From an uncultured bacterium (lineage in GTDB: Bacteria > Babelota > Babeliae > Babelales > RVW-14), in NCBI GenBank assembly GCA_963759805.1, contig CAVXAT010000008.1, positions 101,054 through 165,053 on the forward strand: a stretch of DNA of 64,000 bases, given 5' to 3'. Shown here in pieces: positions 13,418 through 23,609 of this stretch. Below the pieces are notes generated by a model. It saw only the letters and a list, made by a program, of their open reading frames with translations. It did no database searches and was not told the origin of the DNA. Both the position numbers and the translations under genes were made by a program. The first letter of the stretch is position 1, and each line of letters begins with the position of its first letter.

Positions 13418-13768
13418 GTGGCAGTGAAGAACAGAGCACAGTTTATTGAGACGATGAAAAAGAGCTTGTTACAGCGCAGAGGCGAAATGGCAGGACGATT
13501 GTCAAACCAATCTCAAGAAAAAGTATCTGATGGGCAAGTACAGGATAGCGGAGACGAAGCACTGTCACTATCAATGGAAAAACTACAAAACACATTGCAG
13601 CAAAGTGAGATGGACGAAATTAGATTAATAGATGATGCGCTTGAAAGAATCGGTAGAGAGGAGTACGGAGTTTGCATGGAATGTGCAAGCCCTATTCCTG
13701 AAAAAAGATTAGAAACATTCCCGTATGCAGCCAGGTGTGTGGCTTGTCAGGAAAAGCTCGAACAGTAA
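13418..13768 (+). CDS. DksA/TraR C4 zinc-finger protein
   Basis: Coiled coil with DSGDEA; YGVCMEC...RL...P.A.RCVAC. Confidence 0.9.
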   Translation: MAVKNRAQFIETMKKSLLQRRGEMAGRLSNQSQEKVSDGQVQDSGDEALSLSMEKLQNTLQQSEMDEIRLIDDALERIGREEYGVCMECASPIPEKRLETFPYAARCVACQEKLEQ

Positions 13769-13774
13769 TAAATT

Positions 13775-13849
13775 GCCGGTGTAGCTCAGTGGTAGAGCAA
13801 CTGATTCGTAATCAGTAGGCCACCAGTTCAAATCTGGTCACCGGCTCCA
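13775..13849 (+). tRNA. tRNA-Thr(CGT)
   Basis: Cloverleaf; anticodon loop TTCGTAA; GTTCAAAT T-loop; CCA end. Confidence 0.96.
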
Positions 13850-13894
13850 GAAACCTGAATTTATTTCATAACTGTCCGAAGTATTTTGTAATGT

Positions 13895-13955
13895 TAGACG
13901 GCTTTCATCGAAGCGCTGTGTCATCCTGAATTTATTTCAGGATCCATGGATTAGT
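13895..13955. repeat. Family-1 REP-like element (half copy plus flank)
   Basis: GCTGTGTCATCCTGAATTTATTTCAGGATCCATGGATTAG; ~20 bp of flank also matches the 56.8-kb copy. Confidence 0.75.
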
Positions 13956-13965
13956 CCATTCCCGC

Positions 13966-14283
13966 TCAACTCATCTTATTATATCTATCATAAGAATATG
14001 GCTCGATTTTTGCAATCTTATCAGCTAAAAGCCTCTTCGCCTCAAGAAGATCATAGTCAGTCTGCATTCGCAGAAAATAACCCTCAGATAACCCAAAAAA
14101 TTTACATAACCGTAAATCTGTATCAGCCGTTATACTGCGCTGGCCGCGAACAATGCTATGAATTCGATTTGAAGGAACTTTAATTGCACTCGCCAAAGCA
14201 TTTTGACTTAATTCAAGTTCATCAAGAAATTCAGTTTTTAAAATCTCTCCGGCGTGAGGATTTTTAAGTATTTTTTTAGCCAT
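13966..14283 (-). CDS. higA: HigA-family addiction module antitoxin (HTH)
   Basis: HAGEILKTEFL, SQNALA, R.ITADTDLRL, FLRMQTDYDL. Confidence 0.9.
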   Translation of the reverse strand: MAKKILKNPHAGEILKTEFLDELELSQNALASAIKVPSNRIHSIVRGQRSITADTDLRLCKFFGLSEGYFLRMQTDYDLLEAKRLLADKIAKIEPYSYDRYNKMS

Positions 14284-14311
14284 AACTATCCCAATTTACA
14301 ACAGCAAGTTG

Positions 14312-14863
14312 TTAGAATTTATCCTGCTCAAGCTTAAACGCATATGGCAAAAGCGTTTTCAACTGTTCGATTTTATAATTCCCGGAAACAGTTGCCATAA
14401 CAATATACGCTTCAGGCTCGGCAAACTCATTGATAACCTGACGGCAAGCGCCACATGGAGCACCATATTCAGGAGCATCAAGAACAATTGCTATTGCCTT
14501 TATAAAGTTGCCTTTTTCACCTTCAGAAACTGCTTTAAAAATAGCAGTACGCTCCGCGCAAATCGTTACCCCGTAGGATGCGTTTTCAACATTCGTTCCG
14601 GTATAAACTTTGCCAGTTGTAGTTAAAACAGCCGCACCAACTTTGAATTTTGAGTATGGACTGTATGAGTTTTCTCTGGCCTTTTTGGCTTGAGCAATTA
14701 AATTTTTGAAATCAAAACCTAATTCGGCTTCTTTGATTTCGCTTCGATTTGTTTGATCCAGTATTTGTGTCAATTCATTACCCTTTCTATCCAATGGGAA
14801 TACTTGTAAAAAGTTTAACGACAAAACAGCAACTGACAATAAAAAATATTTCGCAATTTTCAT
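14312..14863 (-). CDS. cdd: Cytidine deaminase with N-terminal signal-peptide-like extension
   Basis: YSPYSKFKVGAA, NVENASYG, CAERTA, PCGACRQ. Confidence 0.92.
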   Translation of the reverse strand: MKIAKYFLLSVAVLSLNFLQVFPLDRKGNELTQILDQTNRSEIKEAELGFDFKNLIAQAKKARENSYSPYSKFKVGAAVLTTTGKVYTGTNVENASYGVTICAERTAIFKAVSEGEKGNFIKAIAIVLDAPEYGAPCGACRQVINEFAEPEAYIVMATVSGNYKIEQLKTLLPYAFKLEQDKF

Positions 14864-14954
14864 GTACGTCTTTCATGTTAAAACCATACTTTTGTGTTGA
14901 CTCAAGTAGCAGAGCATACAACATGGAAAATACGAAATCAATAGGTTTTTTTGG

Positions 14955-15815
14955 TTATCCCCAAAAAAAAGATATTATTTTTTGATCAAAGAAAAAATAT
15001 AAAAAGGCGCCCAACGAAAGAAATGGGCCAAACGGAATTCTAGTAAATCGATCTTTTTTTAGTATCAATAGAAAAAGCCCACCTAAAATAAGGCCAGCGA
15101 AAGAACCTAGCATTAAAGAGAACCACACTCCCACTGGACCAAGAAACGAACCAATCATGGCAAGCAGCTCCATATCGCCAATTCCTATCCCATCTCGCTT
15201 TGTAATTGTTTTGAATAAAAATGCAATAATCCACAGCACACTGTATCCCAACACAGCCCCAATAAAACTTGCACTTACAGAAATGTATGTGTATCCCAAA
15301 TATGAAGCAATAAAACCAACAGGCACAAACCAAAGCGTGCAGGCTTGTGGAATGATCATTCCTTGAAAATCAGTTCTTGTAGCAACTAATAATGCTGAGA
15401 AAAATATAAAAAATATAAGAAAATAAAAACAGTTTTGCGCCGAAACTTGATTTGCTAACTTTGCAAATGACATATCAAAATCCGCCACAAGCGGATTTGC
15501 TGATAAGTAATAATAAAGTGGTGAAAATTTGGGGAAGCATTTTTGATAAAGCAGAACCAACGTCGACGCTGTTAGCAATTCAATCAATGGATATAAAACT
15601 GAGATGCGTTCTTTGCACGTTCTACATTTTGCTTTTAATAACACCCAGGAGATAACTGGAATATTGTCATACCAAGAAATTACACTGTTGCACTTGGGGC
15701 ATGCAGATCTTGGACTAAAAAAAGATCGTCCGGTTATTAACCTAAAACCAACAACATTTAAAAACGATCCCCAGCACAACCCGAATAAAAAAATAATTAA
15801 AAGAACAGTACTCAC
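14955..15815 (-). CDS. pilD: Type IV prepilin peptidase (A24)
   Basis: GSFLNVV, SACPKC...WYDNIP..SW..LK.KCR.C, G.GD, IPFGPFL. Confidence 0.93.
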   Translation of the reverse strand: MSTVLLIIFLFGLCWGSFLNVVGFRLITGRSFFSPRSACPKCNSVISWYDNIPVISWVLLKAKCRTCKERISVLYPLIELLTASTLVLLYQKCFPKFSPLYYYLSANPLVADFDMSFAKLANQVSAQNCFYFLIFFIFFSALLVATRTDFQGMIIPQACTLWFVPVGFIASYLGYTYISVSASFIGAVLGYSVLWIIAFLFKTITKRDGIGIGDMELLAMIGSFLGPVGVWFSLMLGSFAGLILGGLFLLILKKDRFTRIPFGPFLSLGAFLYFFFDQKIISFFWG

Positions 15816-15833
15816 CGAACTACCCTCCTATCT

Positions 15834-16889
15834 CTAACCTTTTATTCCAGCCTTTATCAAATCATGAATATGTACAATGCCAACCGCCACATTATTCTCA
15901 ACCACAACCAAGCTTGTTATGTTGAAATTTTCCATAATTTCAAGCGCCGCGAGCGCAAGCTCGTTAACATTTATCGTCTTGGGATGTTGCGTCATTATAT
16001 CGGTTGCTTTTTTATTAAAAACATCCGGACCGAATTTGTCGCAAGCACGTCGTAAATCACCATCGGTGATTATTCCACAAAGACTGTTTTTATCATCAAC
16101 CACCACACCTATACCCAATTTCTTGGAAGATATGGTGTAAAGAATTTCACTAAAACTTGAATCTCTTGTAATTACAGGCAAATTTTGACCGGAGAACATA
16201 AAATAATTTACCGACAAAACAAGCCGCTTGCCAAGAGCGCCTGATGGATGAACACGCGCGAAACAATTTTTATCAAAGTTATTCATTGAGCTAACAACAA
16301 CAGCTACCGCATCTCCAAAAGCCATCATCAATGTTGAGCTACTCGTTGGTGCTAAATTTAGAGGACAAGCCTCGCGCTCGAGTGGAAGAACCACAACAAG
16401 ATTAGCTAAATCACAGAGGCTGCCTTTGTTGCAGCAAATCAATACCGTATAATTTTTCGTAAAATTTTTACTGTTATTTAAAGATGCAAAAATATTTTCA
16501 AGTTCTACTCCCGTACCACTTTTGGATAATGCAATGAAAATATCGTTTGGTTGAATAACACCAAGATCGCCGTGTAAGGCATCGCATGCATGTAAAAATA
16601 TTGAAGGGATTCCAAGACTTGAAAAAGTTGCCGCCAATTTCTGGCCGACTAAACCTGATTTGCCGATGCCGGAAAAAACAACTTTACCTGTGTTTTTTAG
16701 AATTTTGGAAACAAGAACAGTCGTGCTTTCCGGAATACTGTTTGCAACTGCCGTTAAAGATTGAGACTCATGCAAAATTACATCAGCAATGGCTTTTTTA
16801 ATATCAAGTTTATTGATATCAAATTTTACTGCACCATGTACTGTTGCGCCATGTACTGCAAATACTCTATCTTTTTGCTGGTCCAACAT
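15834..16889 (-). CDS. kdsD: KpsF/GutQ arabinose-5-phosphate isomerase
   Basis: GIGKSG, HGDLG, EACPLNLAPTSS, HPSGALG, two CBS domains. Confidence 0.93.
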   Translation of the reverse strand: MLDQQKDRVFAVHGATVHGAVKFDINKLDIKKAIADVILHESQSLTAVANSIPESTTVLVSKILKNTGKVVFSGIGKSGLVGQKLAATFSSLGIPSIFLHACDALHGDLGVIQPNDIFIALSKSGTGVELENIFASLNNSKNFTKNYTVLICCNKGSLCDLANLVVVLPLEREACPLNLAPTSSSTLMMAFGDAVAVVVSSMNNFDKNCFARVHPSGALGKRLVLSVNYFMFSGQNLPVITRDSSFSEILYTISSKKLGIGVVVDDKNSLCGIITDGDLRRACDKFGPDVFNKKATDIMTQHPKTINVNELALAALEIMENFNITSLVVVENNVAVGIVHIHDLIKAGIKG

Positions 16890-16903
16890 TGCAACCCCAT
16901 ATT

Positions 16904-17293
16904 TTACTCTTTTTTATTAGTACCAAGATCTTGAATTACTTTATCAAGCAGTGAATCGATGCGATCCTGCTTCTCTCTAATTTCATCATAAAGAAAGATT
17001 ATTTCCGGCGTGTGGCGAGGGTTTAAGCGAGCTGCAATCTCTTTGCGTATCGATGGTCTATAAAGCTTGAGAGCTTCCAATGCAGCTTTGAATATCTCTG
17101 CAGAATATACATCAAATGTCGACAGATAAACATAAAGAATGCCGGCGTCTTGGGAAAAATCTACGCGTGTCACGTAGACCTTTTGTACGTCCGGATTTTC
17201 GTTGGAGATTAAACTAATAATTTGAGATAACTCACGAAAAAAGAGGGATTTTTTCTTCTCCCTCTTTATTTCGTGTAACTTTGATGCAACCAT
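16904..17293 (-). CDS. rbfA: Ribosome-binding factor A
   Basis: Size, VTRVDFSQD, RHTPEIIFLYD. Confidence 0.85.
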   Translation of the reverse strand: MVASKLHEIKREKKKSLFFRELSQIISLISNENPDVQKVYVTRVDFSQDAGILYVYLSTFDVYSAEIFKAALEALKLYRPSIRKEIAARLNPRHTPEIIFLYDEIREKQDRIDSLLDKVIQDLGTNKKE

Positions 17294-17502
17294 TACTTAA
17301 GCATACCTTCCATGCTCTTGATAATGTTGTTCTTGACCGCGCGCATCAATCTTTTTCGCTTCTTCTGCGTTGGAGGTTCAAAATAAACCTGTCGCTTCAT
17401 ATCACGAATGACGCCTTCGCGTTCAACTTTTTTCTTAAGTTGTTTTAAGCTTTTTTCGAGATTTCCAGTGACCTGGATTTCGATATTATATGACTTTGAC
17501 AT
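17293..17502 (-). CDS. rpsU: 30S ribosomal protein S21
   Basis: LEKSLKQLKKK...YFEPPTQKKRK. Confidence 0.9.
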   Translation of the reverse strand: MSKSYNIEIQVTGNLEKSLKQLKKKVEREGVIRDMKRQVYFEPPTQKKRKRLMRAVKNNIIKSMEGMLK

Positions 17503-17763
17503 TGAATTCTAACACCGCCTTAAAAAACAAGTTTTGGGGTTGATACATACTCACTATCACATCAAGAATCCTAACAGAACATGTCCTTTTGTCAAAAATA
17601 ATCGATAAAATCGGGTATTATAACCATTACGCCCGGGCCTAACTCTGCTTTTTGAGTCAAATTATTACAAATTTCGCCTTTACAGTAAGTATTTTACTTT
17701 TTATAATCAAAGCCGTTATTGATAAAAAATTAGTAGAAATAGCTTATTTTAAGGGGAAATTTT

Positions 17764-18771
17764 ATGAAATCTTTAGCGACTAGCAAAAAAATAATATTTA
17801 TCTGTTTTGCCTCGGCTTTTATTATTTCGCATGTGATGGCGGATAATTCTAATTCGCCCGGTGTTTATGATTTACCAGATCACGATGCAATTCAAAAAGA
17901 GGTAGAATCGTTGATTAAGCTCGATCAAGACGAAAAACTTCAAGCAACTGTTTTTCAAAAAATTAAGAATACTGTTTCGCGAAGCAATGGATATATTGAA
18001 ATTACAAGTAAAAATGCCCCCAATATTTATAAATTGCTCGATACAGCTGCAAAAACAATCGGAATCGAAATCCCATCAAAAGTCTATTTAAATACCACAC
18101 ATGCACTTAATTGGAATTGTTGCAATGCATGCGTTATGAAGTCACTTGGCAAAGATACATGCCTATCTTTGGGAAATAAATTTTTATGCGAACTTGCGCC
18201 AGAAGAAATCAACGCAATGTTGGAACACGAATTTACGCATATAAAAGATAAATTCCTTGAACAGCTTAGTTCAAAGGTGTATGGAAATCAGCTATGGGGA
18301 TTAGCCAACTGGGTCATATTGAGCGCAGACTTGGGTTTACTTGTTGCAATATTAGAGGAGACTATTTATTTACATAAATATTCGAAAGCCACGCTAATGA
18401 GTTTGTCGGCGTCTTTATTATTGTCTTATTTATTAACACGCACTACATCACGAATTATTGATAACCAAAAGCAAATATTTGAGTTCTGCCAAAAATTAGA
18501 AGAACATGCAGATTTAAACGTCAGCTCAAAATCAAACTTTGCAAACGGACTAAAAAAAGTCATGGCAATGTTAACAGTAGAAACCATAAAATACTATCCC
18601 AATTATATCAACGCTATCATTCAAATAATAGAAAAAGACCTTCAAGATGTCATAATTAAGAGTATCGACAGCGGCAAATTGGATTCCAATGACCCCTCCC
18701 ATCCATCACTTCAAAATAGATTGAAATATTTAAAAGAAGAAGAAAAAGAAGAATCTGCCGAAGTAGCATAA
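17764..18771 (+). CDS. M48-family zinc metalloprotease with signal peptide
   Basis: HEFTH, EEHAD, SHPSLQNRL. Confidence 0.8.
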   Translation: MKSLATSKKIIFICFASAFIISHVMADNSNSPGVYDLPDHDAIQKEVESLIKLDQDEKLQATVFQKIKNTVSRSNGYIEITSKNAPNIYKLLDTAAKTIGIEIPSKVYLNTTHALNWNCCNACVMKSLGKDTCLSLGNKFLCELAPEEINAMLEHEFTHIKDKFLEQLSSKVYGNQLWGLANWVILSADLGLLVAILEETIYLHKYSKATLMSLSASLLLSYLLTRTTSRIIDNQKQIFEFCQKLEEHADLNVSSKSNFANGLKKVMAMLTVETIKYYPNYINAIIQIIEKDLQDVIIKSIDSGKLDSNDPSHPSLQNRLKYLKEEEKEESAEVA

Positions 18772-18792
18772 TTCCAATATTTGATAAATTAT

Positions 18793-18830
18793 TATCATCA
18801 TTGTAGCACGACTATGCTACAATGATGATA
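18793..18830. other. Perfect 16-bp inverted repeat (terminator or operator)
   Basis: TATCATCATTGTAGCA-CGACTA-TGCTACAATGATGATA. Confidence 0.6.
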
Positions 18831-18873
18831 TGTGGTTTTCAAAAGTAATCAGGGAGAGTAGGAGCCGTAGATT

Positions 18874-20436
18874 ATGAGATGTAAGTCTAAATTTAATCTG
18901 TTTTTTGTCCCAATATTTTTTGTTAGTAATTTTTTCGCAATTGAATTAAAGAGCCAAGACACTATCGAAGACACCCCCAAAAACGGAACTGTCGTATTTG
19001 AGCATTCAAAAGTTTGGCGTCGAGTTCAAAAATTGTCTCAAGACACGGTTGTACAAATCTTTGTTAATACGGCCTCTTTTAACTGGGAAGAACCCTATAA
19101 AACACCAAAACAGAAAAAAGCATGCGGCAGCGGATTTTTTATTAACGATCAGGGATTAATTGTTACCAATTATCATGTCATAGACGAAGCAGCAGGAATT
19201 AGAATTCAGATCCCATCACTGGGCAAAGAACAATTTAAAGTAAATGTTGTTGGGGTAAGTCCTGACAGAGATATAGCATTATTAAAATTAAGCGAAAGAT
19301 CCTTTAAAATAATCCAACAAACATTAGGCTCAATTCCTTACTTGAAACTTGGGGATTCTGACAAAGTTTTTAGAGCACAAGAGATAATGGCCATAGGATA
19401 TCCTCTTGGACAGGAAAAATTGAAAAGTACACAGGGAATAGTCAGCGGACGCGAAATTTTAGTTGATGAATCTTACATACAAATCACCGCTGCCCTTAAT
19501 CCCGGTAATTCAGGCGGTCCATCCTTAAACACATCAGGTGAAGTCATTGGAATAAACACTGCACGAATATTAAAAGCAGAGGGCGTTGGCTATATTATTC
19601 CAATAAATGATGTAAAAAATGTAATTCAGAACTTACTCAAAATAAAATTTTTGCGTAAGGCAATTCTTGGGTTTGAATGGAATTATGGCACAAAAAATGC
19701 CACTAAATTTTTATCAAATCCATTGTCTGGAGGCCTTTATGTCAGTCGTGTTCACAAAAATACTTTACTTGAGATGGCAGGCGTTAAATCAGGTGATATG
19801 ATTTATGATATAAACGGACACAAAATTGATTTGTACGGAGAAACAAATGTCGAATGGAGCGAAGACAAAATTCCAGTAGTTGCGCTACTCAATCGTTTTC
19901 CACTTGGTCAAAGAATTAATATGCTAGTTTATAGAAATGGAGATCCAATTAATATTAGCTTTGATTTTGGACTGACAGACCCTCTTCCAATAAGATTTTA
20001 TTACCCTGATTACGAAAAAATTGATTATGAAATTATCGGCGGAATGGTCATAATGCAACTGGCTATTAATCACATTGAAAAATTTGAACAGGCAAATCCT
20101 TTTCTTGTAAAATACTTCAAAAGAGAAAATCAGTACACTCCCCGCCTAATCATCACACATATTTTCCCAACATCAAAAGCACAGGACGCTAGAATTGTTT
20201 GCGAAAGTGATATCATTAAAAAAGTAAATGGGCGCGTGGTAAATACATTAGAAGAATTAAGAGACACCATAAGATTGTCAGAAAATTATCTCTCTCTTGA
20301 AACATCAGAAAAACATTTTATGGTTCTTCCGTTTGAGAAGATACTTTTGGATGAAAAAAGACTAAGCCAAAAGTTCTTTTACAAAAAAACAAATTTAGTA
20401 GAAGAACTTCTGACAAAACGTGCCATAAAAAATTAG
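18874..20436 (+). CDS. HtrA/Deg serine protease with PDZ domains
   Basis: TNYHV, DRDIALL, NPGNSGGP triad; C-terminal PDZ-like regions. Confidence 0.92.
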   Translation: MRCKSKFNLFFVPIFFVSNFFAIELKSQDTIEDTPKNGTVVFEHSKVWRRVQKLSQDTVVQIFVNTASFNWEEPYKTPKQKKACGSGFFINDQGLIVTNYHVIDEAAGIRIQIPSLGKEQFKVNVVGVSPDRDIALLKLSERSFKIIQQTLGSIPYLKLGDSDKVFRAQEIMAIGYPLGQEKLKSTQGIVSGREILVDESYIQITAALNPGNSGGPSLNTSGEVIGINTARILKAEGVGYIIPINDVKNVIQNLLKIKFLRKAILGFEWNYGTKNATKFLSNPLSGGLYVSRVHKNTLLEMAGVKSGDMIYDINGHKIDLYGETNVEWSEDKIPVVALLNRFPLGQRINMLVYRNGDPINISFDFGLTDPLPIRFYYPDYEKIDYEIIGGMVIMQLAINHIEKFEQANPFLVKYFKRENQYTPRLIITHIFPTSKAQDARIVCESDIIKKVNGRVVNTLEELRDTIRLSENYLSLETSEKHFMVLPFEKILLDEKRLSQKFFYKKTNLVEELLTKRAIKN

Positions 20437-20533
20437 CCACTCTATTTTTTAAGTTGTTGTTGACTATGGTAACTTTTTTTTACTAAGTTAATTTAAAGTC
20501 GAAATATTTGTATAATTTTCTAGAAGGAGAAGT

Positions 20534-21298
20534 ATGAAGATTTTCAGGTTTCCATTGCTACTCGCAACAGTTGTAACAACAGTATTTTTTGTGGCACAGG
20601 CCAGTGTGGGCGAAAATGCAATAAAAGACATGCAACAAAGACTAAAACAACCATGCATTGAACTTCTGGCCTCAAGCGAATTAATCGATTGGGAGACATT
20701 TAAAAATCGCGTCAAGACTTTAAAAGACGCCGTACTTGCATTCGAAGTTAAATTGGATGAGTATAAGCAGGCGGCAAAAAATATGGAACCAACGCCGAAA
20801 GCAGTTCCAGCACAAACACCTACTCCAGCCGCTACAACACCTGCTGCAACGCCAGCGCCCACGCCAACACCTGTAACCACACCAGCGCCTGTAGCTACAC
20901 CAGCACTGGCACCAGTACAAGCACCGGCCCCAGTACCAGCTCCAACGCCAATGCCAACACCAGCAGCAATGCAGACACCTACGCCAACATCTGTGACCAC
21001 ACTAGCACCTGCATCACCTGTCACTCCAGCCACAACTCCTGCAATGCCTGGTACCCCAGCCATAGCTCCAGCACCAATGCCACCGGCACCAGTACCAGCG
21101 CCAACACCAACGCCTGTAGCCTCAACGCCAGGAGCTGCACCAACTCAACCAAATATCATCTACTCAACGTCACCTACAGCGCCGGTTGCCAACCCAGCCA
21201 CTGTCCCCGCCTCAGCACCAGAAACGGCCCCCACTGAAGATGCTGCGCCAATGGGGATGCCTTCCGCTGCGGACGCAACCGACCAGCCAGCAAGCTAA
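20534..21298 (+). CDS. Secreted Pro/Ala/Thr-rich protein
   Basis: AGGAG RBS, signal peptide, short helical domain, long low-complexity tail. Confidence 0.8.
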   Translation: MKIFRFPLLLATVVTTVFFVAQASVGENAIKDMQQRLKQPCIELLASSELIDWETFKNRVKTLKDAVLAFEVKLDEYKQAAKNMEPTPKAVPAQTPTPAATTPAATPAPTPTPVTTPAPVATPALAPVQAPAPVPAPTPMPTPAAMQTPTPTSVTTLAPASPVTPATTPAMPGTPAIAPAPMPPAPVPAPTPTPVASTPGAAPTQPNIIYSTSPTAPVANPATVPASAPETAPTEDAAPMGMPSAADATDQPAS

Positions 21299-21383
21299 AA
21301 CTAAATATATTTCGTCAAATCATAAATATTGTTTGTTTGATAGCCGTTTTTACGCTATAATCCCATAAAAATATAGGATTTTT

Positions 21384-21632
21384 ATGTATTGTCAGTACTA
21401 TCAAGCAAATGTTAATACTCCGTGCACACATTTTATTACCGGAATCCTTCGCAGTCACGAGCACCTGGTTTTTGAGAGAGCTATCGATGGACGCAACAGC
21501 TCGATTATTGAGTTTTTTGTTCCACAAGACTCTGAACGCTTATTTATCGATATCATGCATCACTTTGTTGAACTGGGGTATATCTTCAGTTTTGAAAAAA
21601 AAGAAAATAGGTTGAAATTTCAAAAATTATAG
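21384..21632 (+). CDS. Small hypothetical protein
   Basis: RBS, fills the gap directly before cysK. Confidence 0.65.
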   Translation: MYCQYYQANVNTPCTHFITGILRSHEHLVFERAIDGRNSSIIEFFVPQDSERLFIDIMHHFVELGYIFSFEKKENRLKFQKL

Positions 21633-21639
21633 GAATTTT

Positions 21640-22620
21640 ATGAATAAAAAAATAGTTTACAAAACTCTTTTACAACACATTGGCAAAACACCAATTGCCA
21701 AACTAGAATTTGACGTCAAGCCAACTCTGCTTGCAAAGCTTGAATTTATGAATCCGGGTGGCAGCGTCAAAGATCGCTCTGCCCTATTTATGATTGAGCA
21801 AGCCGAGAAAAACGGAGATCTAAAACCCGGAGGAACAATTGTAGAGGCATCATCCGGAAATCAGGGTATTGCCCTGGCCATGATTGGCGCATTAAAGGGA
21901 TACAAAGTTATAATTACGGTCCCGGACAGAACAGCTGCCGAAAAAGTTGCAATTTTACGCGCATATGGAGCTGAAGTCTGTGTCTGCCCAAATACCGATG
22001 ACTTACATGATCCTAGAGGATATCATGCCAAAGCAGAACATTTTCTTCATTCAATTCCCGGGGCATATATGCCAAACCAATACTTCAATAAATCTAATCC
22101 TTTGGCTCACTACACAACAACCGGTCCTGAAATTTGGGAGCAAACTCAAGGAACTGTCACTCATGTAATTTTGGGCGCCGGATCTTGCGGAACAATTTCC
22201 GGAGTTGGCAGATATTTAAAAGAACAGAACCCAAATGTAAAAATCATTGGGGTTGATGCTGCAACATCTGCATACTCAAGCAAAAATCCAAAAGCATACA
22301 ATGTTGAGGGACTTGGAATTGATGTAATAACGGACACATTTGATCAAGCTGTAGTTGATAAGATTATACCAATTTCTGATGAAGATGCATTTTCATCAAC
22401 ACGTAAACTGGCAACAGAGCATGGATTACTTGTTGGAATAAGCAGTGGCGCAGTTATGCATGTAGCTCTTGAATACTGCAAAAAACTAACAGAACAGGAT
22501 GTTGTTGTGGTTATATTAGCAGACTCAGGTAAAAATTATTTGAGCAAAGTTTTTGTAACGCAAACAAATAAAACTGCTTCTGAAAAAATAAGCCCTACTA
22601 AGCAAGTAACTTCGCTATAA
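21640..22620 (+). CDS. cysK: PLP-dependent cysteine synthase family protein
   Basis: NPGGSVKDR, SSGNQG, GSCGT, ISSGA. Confidence 0.9.
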   Translation: MNKKIVYKTLLQHIGKTPIAKLEFDVKPTLLAKLEFMNPGGSVKDRSALFMIEQAEKNGDLKPGGTIVEASSGNQGIALAMIGALKGYKVIITVPDRTAAEKVAILRAYGAEVCVCPNTDDLHDPRGYHAKAEHFLHSIPGAYMPNQYFNKSNPLAHYTTTGPEIWEQTQGTVTHVILGAGSCGTISGVGRYLKEQNPNVKIIGVDAATSAYSSKNPKAYNVEGLGIDVITDTFDQAVVDKIIPISDEDAFSSTRKLATEHGLLVGISSGAVMHVALEYCKKLTEQDVVVVILADSGKNYLSKVFVTQTNKTASEKISPTKQVTSL

Positions 22621-22647
22621 TTCAATGATTTTGGAGGCACTACGTTC

Positions 22648-23505
22648 ATGTTAAAAAATTTTTATAAATATCAATCACTTGGGAATGATTTCATTCTTTT
22701 TGATTGGTATAAAAAGCCTGAAACCTTCGTTGAACAGGTGCTGAGTGAGCAAAATTTACAAGATCTTGTTATTAAAATCTGCCAACAACATTTTGGGATA
22801 GGTGCCGACGGAGTGTTGATTTTAAAGGGAAATACTAATGCAAGAGTAGCAGAGATGTTAATTTTTAATAAAGACGGCAGTCGCGCAGAAATCTGCCTTA
22901 ATGGCTTGCGATGTGTAGCCCAACACCTATTCATGCATTACAATTTTCCGGAAAAATTTCAAATTAAAGCTGGACAGAGAATTGTTGAATGCTTAGTTCA
23001 AAATTCAAAGGACAATCCTGAGCAGGTAATCGTAAAAAACAACATTGGCAAAGTTGAATATCTTGGCACAAAATTAATAACAATATCTTCCGGCCAAATT
23101 TCAGGACACTGTGCATCAGTTGGAAATCCGCATTTTATTGTATTTGGAAAAAAGGATTTAAACTGGGTACAAAACATTGGTCCCGAAATTGAAAATCATA
23201 AAGAGTTTGAGACTTCAACTTCCAGTAAAACTAATGTCGAATTTGTCTGGCAAGATAAAATATCTAAATCAATTAAAAAATTTGATTCTATCGTTTATGA
23301 GCGTGGTTGCGGCATAACGCTTGCATGCAGTTCGGGAGCTGCAGCTATCTGTGGAGTTTTACACAAACTTGGATTAGTAAATAAAAACGAAGAATTTCAA
23401 ATTTCAATGCCGGGAGGCACTGTTAAATGCAGCCTTGATGATTCTGAAAATATCATAATGCATGCTACATCAAACATTGTTTTTAGCGGCACACTGGGAA
23501 AATAG
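22648..23505 (+). CDS. dapF: Diaminopimelate epimerase
   Basis: LGNDF, GIGADG, ICLNGLRC, GNPH, NVEF, ERGCGITLAC. Confidence 0.93.
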   Translation: MLKNFYKYQSLGNDFILFDWYKKPETFVEQVLSEQNLQDLVIKICQQHFGIGADGVLILKGNTNARVAEMLIFNKDGSRAEICLNGLRCVAQHLFMHYNFPEKFQIKAGQRIVECLVQNSKDNPEQVIVKNNIGKVEYLGTKLITISSGQISGHCASVGNPHFIVFGKKDLNWVQNIGPEIENHKEFETSTSSKTNVEFVWQDKISKSIKKFDSIVYERGCGITLACSSGAAAICGVLHKLGLVNKNEEFQISMPGGTVKCSLDDSENIIMHATSNIVFSGTLGK

Positions 23506-23609
23506 AAAAATTTATTCAAAGCATTGACATAACTAATTTAAATCATGTAAAAAAATGATTATAAATCATAGTAATTTTTGAACTTAAAAATTAACCCAGG
23601 AGCATAAAA

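Noticed and set aside
12917..14863. tadA + cdd + higA as an editing or defence system
   Set aside because: Convergent, separated by dksA and a tRNA; tadA looks like the housekeeping enzyme.
20488..21063. Antisense Gly/Val/Ala-rich ORFs (also 59530..59910)
   Set aside because: Shadows of Pro/Thr repeats on the coding strand.
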